Source: Xanthobacteraceae bacterium
GTDB taxonomy: Bacteria > Pseudomonadota > Alphaproteobacteria > Rhizobiales > Xanthobacteraceae
Direction of reading: 5' to 3'
Length of the DNA: 64,000 bases
Assembly (NCBI GenBank): GCA_035703785.1
Contig: DASSXN010000118.1
Coordinates: 40,202 to 104,201 of the forward strand
Part shown: one piece after another, positions 1-8,873 of the stretch
Numbering within the stretch: the first letter of the stretch is position 1
How the letters are laid out: each line of letters opens with the position of its first letter
The notes under the pieces: generated by a model
Databases searched by the model: none
The model's input: the letters and a program-made list of their open reading frames with translations, nothing else
What the model was told of the DNA's origin: nothing
Translations under genes and position numbers: made by a program

Positions 1-948
1 TCCACCTATCGGGTCATCCATCCGGAGTTGAACGGTTATTGGCAATTTTTCGGGCGCGTCAACGTCGGTGAAAGCTGGTTCTTCCACTCGCCGGTGCCGG
101 CGAACACCACCCGCGACAATTACGACTTCCACGCTTTGCTGCAGAAAGCAGCGGGCTTCCTGTTCGCCTGCGATTTCGATTCTGTCGGCTTCTGGGACTT
201 GCGGATCGCGGTGGCCGAGACTTATCAAGCCGGCCGCGTCTTCATCGCCGGCGACGCCGCGCATTCGCATCCGCCTTACGGCGCTTATGGCCTTAACAAC
301 GGACTCGACGATGTCGCCAATCTCGGCTGGAAGCTTGCGGCGAAGTTAAAGGGCTGGGGCAACGATGCGCTGCTCGCGAGCTACAGCGACGAGCGGCGGC
401 CGATTTTCAAGGAGACCGCGGAAGACTTCATCGAAGCCGACATTCGCCGCGATCGGGAATTCCTGCGCCGCCACAGCCCGGAACGGGATCGGGCCGAATT
501 TGAGCGCGCCTGGCAGGAACACATCAACTCCAGCGCGCCCAACGTTTTGACCTACGAGCCGCATTACGAAGGCTCATCGATCGTGTTCGGCCCGCCGGGC
601 GGTGCGAGCAGCGCCCGCGGCGCGCACACGTTCAAGGCCCGCGCCGGTCATCATCTGCCGCCGCAACTTCTCTCCTGGGGCCGCAATGTCTTTGAAGAGC
701 TCGGCAACGACTTCACGTTGCTTGCATTCGACCGCGATGAAGCGACCGCGGCGGCCTTTGCACAGGCAGCCAAGGCGCTGCCTGTACCGCTGAAAATCGT
801 GCGCGACAGCTACGATGAGGGCCGGCGCGCCTATGAGGCAAAGTTCATTCTCGTCCGCCCCGATCGTTACATCGCCTGGACCGCCAGTGATCCGCCGAGC
901 GATCCTGCCGCGATCCTCGCCAAGGCCGCCGCGAGACCGCCGGCATAG
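1..948 (+). CDS. FAD-dependent monooxygenase (aromatic-ring hydroxylase family), 5' end outside window
   Basis: Frame is open from base 1. GDAAHSHPPYGAYGLNNGLDDVANLGWKLA matches the conserved FAD-binding motif of PheA/TfdB-type flavoprotein hydroxylases. Stop at 946-948. Confidence 0.8.
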   Translation, partial: STYRVIHPELNGYWQFFGRVNVGESWFFHSPVPANTTRDNYDFHALLQKAAGFLFACDFDSVGFWDLRIAVAETYQAGRVFIAGDAAHSHPPYGAYGLNNGLDDVANLGWKLAAKLKGWGNDALLASYSDERRPIFKETAEDFIEADIRRDREFLRRHSPERDRAEFERAWQEHINSSAPNVLTYEPHYEGSSIVFGPPGGASSARGAHTFKARAGHHLPPQLLSWGRNVFEELGNDFTLLAFDRDEATAAAFAQAAKALPVPLKIVRDSYDEGRRAYEAKFILVRPDRYIAWTASDPPSDPAAILAKAAARPPA

Positions 949-1058
949 TCCGCATCGAGACTGAATTTCAGGACTGTCGCTTCAAACAGAAAAACAGCCC
1001 TCAACAATTGCGCAGCGACGTGCGATGCTGAGAAGCGGCAACGAATCAGGGGCTTGGC

Positions 1059-1388
1059 ATGAAATCGCTCGAGATACTCCCCAGTGATCGTACCCACCTT
1101 TACAGCGCTATGATCAAAAAACAGGCGGAGATCCGTCGCAGCGGACGCGGCACTTTCTCACGCGCGTCAGCGGGAAAGCGCAATGCCGCGCGATGGACCC
1201 ACATCCGCTACAAGGGCTCGATCAATTTGCAGCCCGGCCCATCGCAAGCCGTAGAGGCCGTCATCAGGTCGCCTGATCGCGGCGACGAGGCGCGATTGTT
1301 GTCATCGTTTCTCGGTTGGCTCGATCGACATTTCGGCGAACATCTGTCCTCGATCAACATCACGTATCGCCGAGCAGGCCGCGGCTAG
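1059..1388 (+). CDS. hypothetical protein (109 aa)
   Basis: ATG ORF with AGGGG a few nt upstream. No motif recognised. The 3' end abuts the 161-bp repeat copy. Confidence 0.3.
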   Translation: MKSLEILPSDRTHLYSAMIKKQAEIRRSGRGTFSRASAGKRNAARWTHIRYKGSINLQPGPSQAVEAVIRSPDRGDEARLLSSFLGWLDRHFGEHLSSINITYRRAGRG

Positions 1389-1547
1389 TGTCCCGATTCC
1401 GAAGTTCGTAAGCATTTGCGGCTCGCTGGTACGAACTTCAGAATCGATAAGGACACTAGCAACTCCATCCCTGTAGTGCCGCTTTTGAACCCGAAGTTTC
1501 ATCCGAGCCCGCCGCAAAGTTGTGCGAACTTCGTTCGCGGCACTATA
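1385..1547. repeat. single copy of the 161-bp double-hairpin repeat family (see 52305-52629)
   Basis: ctagtgtccc..ccgaagttcgt..acgaacttc..ggacactag, then gtgccgc..cccgaagtt..gcgaacttcg..gcggcac. Aligns along its whole length with the units at 52305-52629. Confidence 0.85.
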
Positions 1548-1654
1548 GGCATGTGACCATGATTAAGCCGCTGCGGATAGAATCCGCTAACGGCTTCGTT
1601 CATGAAATCAGGTAGTCGAGCGTTGCAGTGCCGGGGAAGGGCGCGAAGCGCGCG

Positions 1655-1993
1655 CTAATTGGCGTTCACACACACCGCATAGACAGAAGCATTGCCGCTG
1701 CCGCCATTGCTCTTGAAGCTCACCTTCCAGGCGTTGTTGCCTTCGGGATTGGAAAAATCCGTCGTGTCCGCGGGGCTCGGCGTTGAAAAGCCGCCGCTGA
1801 TGGCACGTTTGCCGGCCGGGCACGTGGCAACCACGACCACTCTGCCGTTGCGCGGCAGGTTTCCGCGATTGTGCACGACTTCGTAGCCGCTGACGGCCGC
1901 CCCCTCCGGCGACTTGTCAGCGTGGTAGTGATTGTATGACACGCCGGCGATCAGCGGCCCAACCCACCACGGCTTTTTCAAAAGCCCGATCAA
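1655..1993 (-). CDS. hypothetical protein, possibly secreted (112 aa, TTG start)
   Basis: Only substantial ORF in this gap. The pattern ATCPAGKRAISGGF...VYAVCV resembles small Cys-pair beta-rich secreted domains. No ATG and no clear SD. Confidence 0.35.
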   Translation of the reverse strand: MIGLLKKPWWVGPLIAGVSYNHYHADKSPEGAAVSGYEVVHNRGNLPRNGRVVVVATCPAGKRAISGGFSTPSPADTTDFSNPEGNNAWKVSFKSNGGSGNASVYAVCVNAN

Positions 1994-2241
1994 CCCATCC
2001 TCGTTTTCTAACGCGAGCGGACCGGTCTGCCGAAAACGACCGCGCCGGGCGTTGCCCGGCAGCCTTCCCAGTGGCGCGATGATGCGAAGACCCGCCCGAT
2101 CACCTCCCAGTATGGGCGGCAGAAAGTTAGAAAACTGTTATGGATGGAAACCCGGCATCAAGGCCGCAATTGTCAATCGAAGCGATTGTCGTCCGGGGCT
2201 GGCAAGCCGGAGCCATCGGTGGGATGAAAATATCGTGACCC

Positions 2242-2532
2242 CTACTCGCGTTTGCGCGACTGTGCCAGTTTTGGCGAGCGTTGCAATTTGTCCCGTGCGC
2301 GCTCGACCTGGCCGAGCATATTATGATTGCTCGGATCGATCCCCTCGTCGCTGCCCGGCATGCCCTCGTTGCTGGCGGTCAACATCTGGCGCGCGTCTTG
2401 TTCCCAGATTTTGAGAGCATCGAGTTTTTCTTCGAACGAGAGCGCGCGATCCTCGATCAGTTCGTCGGGCGTCGCGTAGTGCGACTGCGGATGTTCAATT
2501 TTGTCGATCTTTGACGATGCAGCGCGAGGCAT
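2242..2532 (-). CDS. small acidic hypothetical protein (96 aa)
   Basis: ATG at 2530-2532 is preceded by AAGGAGG. The 395-aa track ORF is an upstream over-extension antisense to the SBP56 gene. Confidence 0.6.
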   Translation of the reverse strand: MPRAASSKIDKIEHPQSHYATPDELIEDRALSFEEKLDALKIWEQDARQMLTASNEGMPGSDEGIDPSNHNMLGQVERARDKLQRSPKLAQSRKRE

Positions 2533-2685
2533 GACAGCCTCCTTGAGATTTTGGTAGTCCAGGCGACATTGAAACGGCGAAGGATGGGATCGGGTTCCGA
2601 TCTGCCGTACGGTATCGACTCGCGTCGGCCGGCTGATATCCTTCCATCCAGGTGTCCTAGACAGTTCAAAGACGGAGGAACGTCC

Positions 2686-4104
2686 ATGGCGACATGGCAG
2701 CCTGATCCGAGCTTCTACCCCTCGCCGCGTTTGGCGGCGAAAGCGCCTCCGGAAAAACTCGCTTATGTGGCGGCGTTCGATCCGAACCGAAAATCGCCGG
2801 ACACCATTGCCGTGGTCGATGTCGATCCGGATTCGGCCTCGTATTCGCGCATTATCGGCACTGTTGCCGGCACTCACCCGGGCGATGAATTCCACCATTT
2901 CGGCTGGAACGCCTGCTCGTCGTGCTTGTGTCCCAACGTCCCGCATCCGCATGTTGAGCGCCGTTATCTGGTCGTTACCGGCTTGCGGTCTTCGCGCATT
3001 TATATTCTCGATACCAAGCCCGATCCGCGCAAACCGCAGATTGTCAAGGTCATCGAGCCGGCCGACATCGCCGAGAAGACCGGTTACACGCGGCCGCACA
3101 CCGTGCATTGCGGCCCGGGCGGCATCTATGTGGCCGCACTCGGCAACAAGGATGGCAAGGCGCCGGGCGGCGTCTTTGTCATGGATCACGAGACGTTCGA
3201 GCCACTCGGCCGCTGGGAAGTCGATCGCGGTCCACAGCAGCTTGGCTACGATGCCTGGTGGCACCTCGGCTTCGACACCATGGTGACCAGCGAATGGGGT
3301 ACGCCGGACACTTTCGAAAATGGACTGGTGCCGGAAATCCTGCTGGGCAGCAAATATGGACGCCGGCTGCATTTCTGGGATTTCACCAAGCGCAAGCACT
3401 TGCAAGAGATCGATTTCGGCGAAGAGCACCAGCTGGTTTTCGAATTACGGCCGGCGCATGACCCGACCAAGCCGCACGGCTTTGTCAATTGCGTCATCAG
3501 CCTGAAGGATCTGTCGTCATCGATCTGGACCTGGTACCGCGACGGCGACAAATGGGCGGTGAAAAAGATCATCTCGATCCCCGCAGAGCCGGCCGACCCC
3601 GACCTCCTGCCGCCCATGCTCAAAGGTTTCAAAGCGGTGCCCCCGTTGGTAACCGACATCGACCTTTCGATGGATGATCGCTTCCTCTACGTCTCCTGCT
3701 GGGGCACCGGCGATCTGCAGCAATACGATGTATCCGATCCGTTCAATCCCAAGCTCACCGGCAAGGTGCGCATCGGCGGCATCGTCGCGCGTGCGGGCCA
3801 TCCTGGCGCCAAGAACGGCGCCAAGAACGGCGCCAAAAACGGCAAGCTCAGCGGCGGTCCGCAAATGGTCGAAGTGAGCCGAGACGGGCGACGGGTCTAT
3901 TTTACCAATTCGCTTTACGGCGCCATCGACCCGCAATTTTATCCCGAGGGAATCGACGGCTGGATGGTCAAGCTCGACGCCAAGCCGGGCGGCGGCATCG
4001 CTTTTGATCCGAAATTCTTTATCGACTGGCCGAAGGGACAGCGTCCGCATCAGGTTCGCCTGCAAGCCGGCGACTGTTCCTCGGATTCCTATTGTTATCC
4101 GTGA
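2686..4104 (+). CDS. selenium-binding protein (SBP56) family, methanethiol oxidase-like
   Basis: MATWQPDPSFYPSPRLA N-terminus and the HHFGWNACSSCLCPN motif are typical of SBP56/SELENBP1. ATG 2686 is preceded by GGAGGA. Confidence 0.9.
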   Translation: MATWQPDPSFYPSPRLAAKAPPEKLAYVAAFDPNRKSPDTIAVVDVDPDSASYSRIIGTVAGTHPGDEFHHFGWNACSSCLCPNVPHPHVERRYLVVTGLRSSRIYILDTKPDPRKPQIVKVIEPADIAEKTGYTRPHTVHCGPGGIYVAALGNKDGKAPGGVFVMDHETFEPLGRWEVDRGPQQLGYDAWWHLGFDTMVTSEWGTPDTFENGLVPEILLGSKYGRRLHFWDFTKRKHLQEIDFGEEHQLVFELRPAHDPTKPHGFVNCVISLKDLSSSIWTWYRDGDKWAVKKIISIPAEPADPDLLPPMLKGFKAVPPLVTDIDLSMDDRFLYVSCWGTGDLQQYDVSDPFNPKLTGKVRIGGIVARAGHPGAKNGAKNGAKNGKLSGGPQMVEVSRDGRRVYFTNSLYGAIDPQFYPEGIDGWMVKLDAKPGGGIAFDPKFFIDWPKGQRPHQVRLQAGDCSSDSYCYP

Positions 4105-4117
4105 CGGCGCGGCGGGC

Positions 4118-4765
4118 GTGTCGCTGCCCCCGCTTCCAGATACGCTTTGGCTGTGGCTCGCCATAGCGGGACTGGGCCTGTTTCACGGCATCAATCCCGC
4201 GATGGGATGGCTGTTCGCGGTGGCGCTGGGGCTTAATCGCCGCAGCGAGCGCGTGGTTTGGCTCGCGCTTGTGCCGATAGGGCTTGGGCACGCGCTCGCT
4301 GTCGGCGTCATCTTGATCCTCGTGCTGGGGCTCGGGCTCATTCTCGAACCCGGTTTGCTGCGACCGCTCACCGCCGCGATGCTGTTCGCTTGGGCAGGCT
4401 GGCACGCGGTCTATGGGAGGCACCATAAGGTGCGCTTCGGCATGCAGGTCGGTCTCGGCGGCTTGTTTGTTTGGTCGTTTCTGATGGCGAATGCGCACGG
4501 CGCGGGTCTGATGCTAATCCCGGCGGTGATCCCGCTTTGTCTTGCCGCATCGCCGACGCACGCGCTCACGGTTGCCACCTCCCTTCCCGTCGGGCTAGCG
4601 GCGCTGTTCCTCCACACCGCGGCGATGCTGGCGACTATCGGGATTGTGTCGATCGTCGTCTACGAATGGATCGGCGTTGGATTCCTGCGGCGCGGCTGGA
4701 TCAACCTCGATCTCTTGTGGACCATCGCATTGGTCATATGCGGGACCATCGTGCTTGTGATCTGA
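4118..4765 (+). CDS. polytopic membrane protein with two His-Gly motifs (possible metal transporter)
   Basis: First canonical start (GTG) after the SBP56 stop. About 6 hydrophobic helices. LFHGINPAMGW and ANAHGAGLMLIP motifs lie in helices. Confidence 0.55.
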   Translation: MSLPPLPDTLWLWLAIAGLGLFHGINPAMGWLFAVALGLNRRSERVVWLALVPIGLGHALAVGVILILVLGLGLILEPGLLRPLTAAMLFAWAGWHAVYGRHHKVRFGMQVGLGGLFVWSFLMANAHGAGLMLIPAVIPLCLAASPTHALTVATSLPVGLAALFLHTAAMLATIGIVSIVVYEWIGVGFLRRGWINLDLLWTIALVICGTIVLVI

Positions 4766-4829
4766 AATCGGCACTTTTCGCCAAAACTTCATCTGCAACT
4801 AAGACAGGCTCGGCCCAGCGAGCGGGAAA

Positions 4830-4890
4830 GTACTTTTGTACTCGTGCAAAAAGACGTTTGGATGATTACTCAACACGTCTCAACGTGGCG
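4830..4890 (+). promoter_or_regulatory. conserved 61-bp upstream element, copy A (upstream of lipoprotein gene)
   Basis: 51 of 61 positions are identical to 7390-7450 in my hand alignment. Core is GTACTTT(T/C)GTACTC..CAAAAAGAC.TTTGGATGATTACTCAA. Confidence 0.6.
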
Positions 4891-4940
4891 AAGTGGCATG
4901 GGGCTGAAAATGATGCGGCGCTGGGCGAACGGGGGCAGCT

Positions 4941-5822
4941 GTGTCCGCGAGGAGAATTTTTGCGACTTGTGTGGCAGTACTGACATTGTCGGGGTGCAAC
5001 ACCACGGATTATTTGGTGGAGAGGTATGAGTGGCGGTGGGGTCCGAATCCCGCGCTGCCTCGTAGCGATGTCCAAACCGTTATTGTCGGACAAATTCAAG
5101 TACTGGATTACATAACGACGCAAGCCTTCCATATTGGCTATCCGGGAGAGGAAATTCCGGCAGGATTTGGTCCGAATTTTTGGTTTCAAGTCGCCGAATG
5201 GGGCTTCAATATCGGCCGGCAGGATTGCGAGATTTATTTGAATTACATGTTTCGCATGAACCGCGAAAAGCAGCGGGATGATGGCATCATCGCGGGCGTA
5301 AGCGCGGCGACTTCCGCAATTGTCACGGCGACCACACACAACCCAGCCAAGGCACTTTCAGTTCTTGCGGCATCGTTTGGATTGGCCACCGCGCTCAATG
5401 ACGCAATTTTTTCTAGTTATCTCTTCACTGAGGCGCCAGGATTGATTTCGGTGAAGGTAAAAGATCTTCAAGACGCTTATCAGCAAACGGTTGAGAAAAA
5501 CCAAATCCAGCAACCTAAGACATCACCTAAATCCTGGATCGTTTCAACCACCGAAACTAAAAAGATCATACCAAGCAAATCAAAATCATCAGCGCCGTCA
5601 CAAGACAGTAATACCACCACAACAACTGTGGTTGCCAGGCCAATACTTTCTCCTGAGGACGCTTATGCCGCGATCCAAAACTATTATCACATTTGTCTGC
5701 CGCAATCGATCGAAGGAATTTTGTTGCAAACGGTTGCCGACTCTTCCGCCAAGTCGACCGATGCGAGCAACAGCAGCACTCCGAAGCTCGTAAACAATAC
5801 CGGGACTGCCAAGGGCAAATAA
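4941..5822 (+). CDS. hypothetical lipoprotein
   Basis: GTG start after GGGGG. Signal peptide with lipobox LTLSG|C. Visibly AT-richer than its flanks. C-terminal Ser/Thr/Lys-rich low-complexity tail. Confidence 0.6.
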   Translation: MSARRIFATCVAVLTLSGCNTTDYLVERYEWRWGPNPALPRSDVQTVIVGQIQVLDYITTQAFHIGYPGEEIPAGFGPNFWFQVAEWGFNIGRQDCEIYLNYMFRMNREKQRDDGIIAGVSAATSAIVTATTHNPAKALSVLAASFGLATALNDAIFSSYLFTEAPGLISVKVKDLQDAYQQTVEKNQIQQPKTSPKSWIVSTTETKKIIPSKSKSSAPSQDSNTTTTTVVARPILSPEDAYAAIQNYYHICLPQSIEGILLQTVADSSAKSTDASNSSTPKLVNNTGTAKGK

Positions 5823-5907
5823 TCATCGAGCCAAGTGGATGACCCCGCTGAACAGCATCGAACATTTCGACAGTCGAGAACGGGAATTTCGCGAATAAGC
5901 ATTCGTT

Positions 5908-6786
5908 TCAGCGCACGAACTTATAGCGAAATCGCTCGCCGTCGGCCTCAACGAGGCCCGTGGTCGGGTGGGGAAAGTGGATCGGCAGCACAAAGCTGCC
6001 CGTCCCCGCGACCTTGCCAAGAAAGCGCCGGCGCGACCGGGCCGCCTCGTCGGCATCCCAATCGAATATCGTCGACCAGCCCGGCTCGCGGCACTGCAGC
6101 GCGTGATGCATGAGGTCGCCGATGACGACCGCATGCTGGCCGCGCGAGCGGATATTGACGCAGCAATGGCAGGGCGAATGGCCCGGCGTCGGCGTCAGCC
6201 AGAACGTATCGTCGAGCGCAAAGTCATCGTCGACAAGGAGCGCCTGCCCGGCCGCGACCACCGGTTCGCAGTTGAAGCGCCAGACATTGCCGCCGCCGCC
6301 AGCGCGCGTTTCGCCGCGCTTGGTCGAGTCCTCCCATGCGGCGTATTCGCGTTTGTGGAAAATGTATTTGGCTTTGGGAAAGGTCGGCACCCAGCGGCCA
6401 TTGCGCAGCACCGTGTTCCAGCCGGAATGGTCGATATGCAGATGCGTGCAAAACACGTAATCGATGTCTTCGAAGCGCAAACCCTCGGCGGCGAAGCCGT
6501 CGAGCCAAGGCTTTTTCGGAAAGTCCATCGGCGGTGGATAGCCCTTGTCCTCGCCGGTGCAGGTGTCGATCAGGATCGTGTGCTTGGGCGTGCGCACCAC
6601 ATAGGTCTGGTAGGTGATCACCATCTTGCCCGACGCGGGATCGAACACCTCGCGGTCGAGCTCGGCGAGATGGCGGCGGCCGATCTCCGGATCGTATTTA
6701 GGGAACATCTCTTCGGGCGTACGCCACGGCCCATCGCGTTCGATGATGCTGGTAATCGTGACGTCGCCGATCGCAAGCTTGTTCAT
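5908..6786 (-). CDS. MBL-fold metallo-hydrolase (lactonase-like)
   Basis: HLHIDHSGWN (HxHxDH) and TPGHSPCH motifs. ATG 6784-6786 has a GGAGAG SD. The longer track ORF overlaps the divergent thioesterase gene. Confidence 0.85.
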   Translation of the reverse strand: MNKLAIGDVTITSIIERDGPWRTPEEMFPKYDPEIGRRHLAELDREVFDPASGKMVITYQTYVVRTPKHTILIDTCTGEDKGYPPPMDFPKKPWLDGFAAEGLRFEDIDYVFCTHLHIDHSGWNTVLRNGRWVPTFPKAKYIFHKREYAAWEDSTKRGETRAGGGGNVWRFNCEPVVAAGQALLVDDDFALDDTFWLTPTPGHSPCHCCVNIRSRGQHAVVIGDLMHHALQCREPGWSTIFDWDADEAARSRRRFLGKVAGTGSFVLPIHFPHPTTGLVEADGERFRYKFVR

Positions 6787-6900
6787 TTCGTCCCTCTCCG
6801 ATACGCCGGTTTGTCCCGGCTCGGTCCTTGCCGCGAATACTATAGCCGTGCAAGGCAATACCGGCCTTGAGCGAGGCGCGCAAATGGAGGGGGAGGCGTG

Positions 6901-7314
6901 ATGCCCGATGTACTGACTTATCGTGGCGCGATCTATCCGTGGCACTGCGATCACATGGGCCATATGAACGTGATGTGGTACGTCGGCAAATTCGACGAAG
7001 CGACCTGGCATTTGTTCGCCCAGATCGGCTTAACCCCGTCCTATCTACGAACGAGCGGCCGCGGCATGGCGGCGGTCCAGCAGACCATCGGCTATAAGCG
7101 CGAACTTCTCGCCGGCGACATCGTCGAAATCCGTAGTGGTATTCTCGAATTGCGCGCGAAGGCGCTTCGTTTCGCTGACGACATGATCAATGTCGAGACT
7201 GGCGAATCTGCAGCAAGCTGCGAGCTAACCGCGGTGCATCTCGAAAGTGCCGCCCGCAAATCCACCGCCTTCGAAGATAAGGTCCGCGGCCTGGCGCAGA
7301 AATTGATGGGCTAG
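6901..7314 (+). CDS. acyl-CoA thioesterase (hotdog fold, 4HBT/YbgC-like)
   Basis: YPWHCDHMGHMNVMWYVGKFDEATW is typical of the 4HBT thioesterase family. GGAGG lies 6 nt upstream of ATG 6901. Confidence 0.85.
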   Translation: MPDVLTYRGAIYPWHCDHMGHMNVMWYVGKFDEATWHLFAQIGLTPSYLRTSGRGMAAVQQTIGYKRELLAGDIVEIRSGILELRAKALRFADDMINVETGESAASCELTAVHLESAARKSTAFEDKVRGLAQKLMG

Positions 7315-7389
7315 GCCGCTCCGCTTTCTTGCGCCGATCATAATCGAAATGCCGTGGAAACGTCGAAGTCGGGTCAATGGCCCGGCCAC

Positions 7390-7450
7390 GTACTTTCGTA
7401 CTCATCCAAAAAGACTTTTGGATGATTACTCAATTTGTCTGAGCATGGCG
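7390..7450 (+). promoter_or_regulatory. conserved 61-bp upstream element, copy B (upstream of TPR gene)
   Basis: 51/61 identity with 4830-4890. Contains the palindrome CCAAAA-AGAC-TTTTGG. Confidence 0.6.
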
Positions 7451-7662
7451 TACTTACACGGAGCAAGGGAGCACCACATCCATGCGCTCATATACCTCGA
7501 AACTGCTGGCCCTTAGCTGTCTTTTCACCACTCTTTTGTTTGTCTCTTATGCGATCGCGGAATCGACGGGACCCTAGTTGGACGTTGGAGACCGTCTTGA
7601 AGGGGAACGCCTCTGTGCCGCAGCGACAGGGGCTGGCTAGGTGATGCTGCCATTGAGCTGAT

Positions 7663-8796
7663 ATGATCCATTCGTGGAAAGGCTGTCTCGGGATATTTGG
7701 CGTCGCTGCATATGCGGCAATTTCCTCTCTTGCTGTGCCGGCGGCGGCCGATGATTTGAAAACGTGTAGTACTGCCCAAGGCGCGGCTGCGATGGCCGCG
7801 TGTACTGCTGCGATCACATCCGGAAAGTTCGCAGGCCACGATCTTGCGGTCGCATATCTAAATCGTGGGCTACTCCAAGTAAGACAAGGCGAGCATAGCG
7901 GTGCCATTAGCGATTTGAATGAAGCTATCCGACTTGATCCCAGTTTCGCCGCAGCCTTCCTTGACCGCGGTGTTGCATACCAAAACATGGCCGAATACGC
8001 GCTCGCTCTTCAGGATTATACCCGAGCGATCACACTCGACCCAAACTCCATTAATGCGTATTTCAATAGCGGTCTCGTCTATAGCTTCACACGAAACTAC
8101 GACGCGGCGATTTTGGCCTACGATCAAGTCATCCGACTTGATCCAAGTAATGCGGGCGCTTTTAATAATCGATGCTACGTTTACACAATGCAGAGCGCGT
8201 TCGACAGTGCCATTCGGGACTGCGACAAGGCTATCGAACTCAATCCGAGGTACGTAAATGGTTTTGTAGGGCGGGGTAATGCATATTGGCATAAAGGCGA
8301 TTACGACCGTGCGCTCCAAGACTACAACCAGGCGATCGCGCTGGATCCCAACCGCGCGTCTAGTTTCATGGCCCGCGGCTCCGCAAATATCGAAAAAGGA
8401 GATTACGACAATGCCATTCAAGACTACAGCCAAGCGCTTCAACTAAATGGCAATGTAGCTACCGCGTGGAACGGTCGCTGTTGGGCTCGCGCGCTTAAAG
8501 GCCAATTGAACGACGCATTGATGGACTGCAACCAAGCATTGGCCTTGGAACCAAATAACGCGTCTTTTCTCGACAGTCGCGCTTTTGCCTATCTAAAAAT
8601 GGGCAATCTCGACCAAGCGATCACCGACTACACCGCAGCACTTCTACTCGACCCCTCGCATACAACCTCATTGTATGGACGAGGTATCGCGAAGCAAAAG
8701 AAGGGCGACAATGCTGGAGGTGATGCCGACATCGAAGCTGCAAAAAAACTCAAGTGGAAGATTGCAGATGAATTCTCACGGTATGGCGTGCATTGA
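7663..8796 (+). CDS. secreted tetratricopeptide-repeat (TPR) protein
   Basis: Signal peptide ...SSLAVPAAA|DD followed by about 9 tandem 34-aa TPR units (A..D...AI.LDP....A...RG). Confidence 0.85.
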   Translation: MIHSWKGCLGIFGVAAYAAISSLAVPAAADDLKTCSTAQGAAAMAACTAAITSGKFAGHDLAVAYLNRGLLQVRQGEHSGAISDLNEAIRLDPSFAAAFLDRGVAYQNMAEYALALQDYTRAITLDPNSINAYFNSGLVYSFTRNYDAAILAYDQVIRLDPSNAGAFNNRCYVYTMQSAFDSAIRDCDKAIELNPRYVNGFVGRGNAYWHKGDYDRALQDYNQAIALDPNRASSFMARGSANIEKGDYDNAIQDYSQALQLNGNVATAWNGRCWARALKGQLNDALMDCNQALALEPNNASFLDSRAFAYLKMGNLDQAITDYTAALLLDPSHTTSLYGRGIAKQKKGDNAGGDADIEAAKKLKWKIADEFSRYGVH

Positions 8797-8873
8797 ACAT
8801 GGGTCACCTCGATTTAATCCGCAAGTCAAGCCCACGAGCGAGCAATGCTGGATGGATCTAAAAGGGATCGACC

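Noticed and set aside
2533-3429. Upstream 300 codons of the 395-aa minus-strand ORF 2242-3429
   Set aside because: It is antisense to the well-supported SBP56 gene and has no motifs. A good SD and ATG exist at 2532, so only the last 96 codons look real.
4825-4858. EcfG-type general-stress promoter (GGAAC-N16-17-CGTT) inside the shared 61-bp element
   Set aside because: GGAAA and CGTT in copy A are about 25 nt apart, and copy B lacks the GGAAC-like box. The spacing and conservation do not fit.
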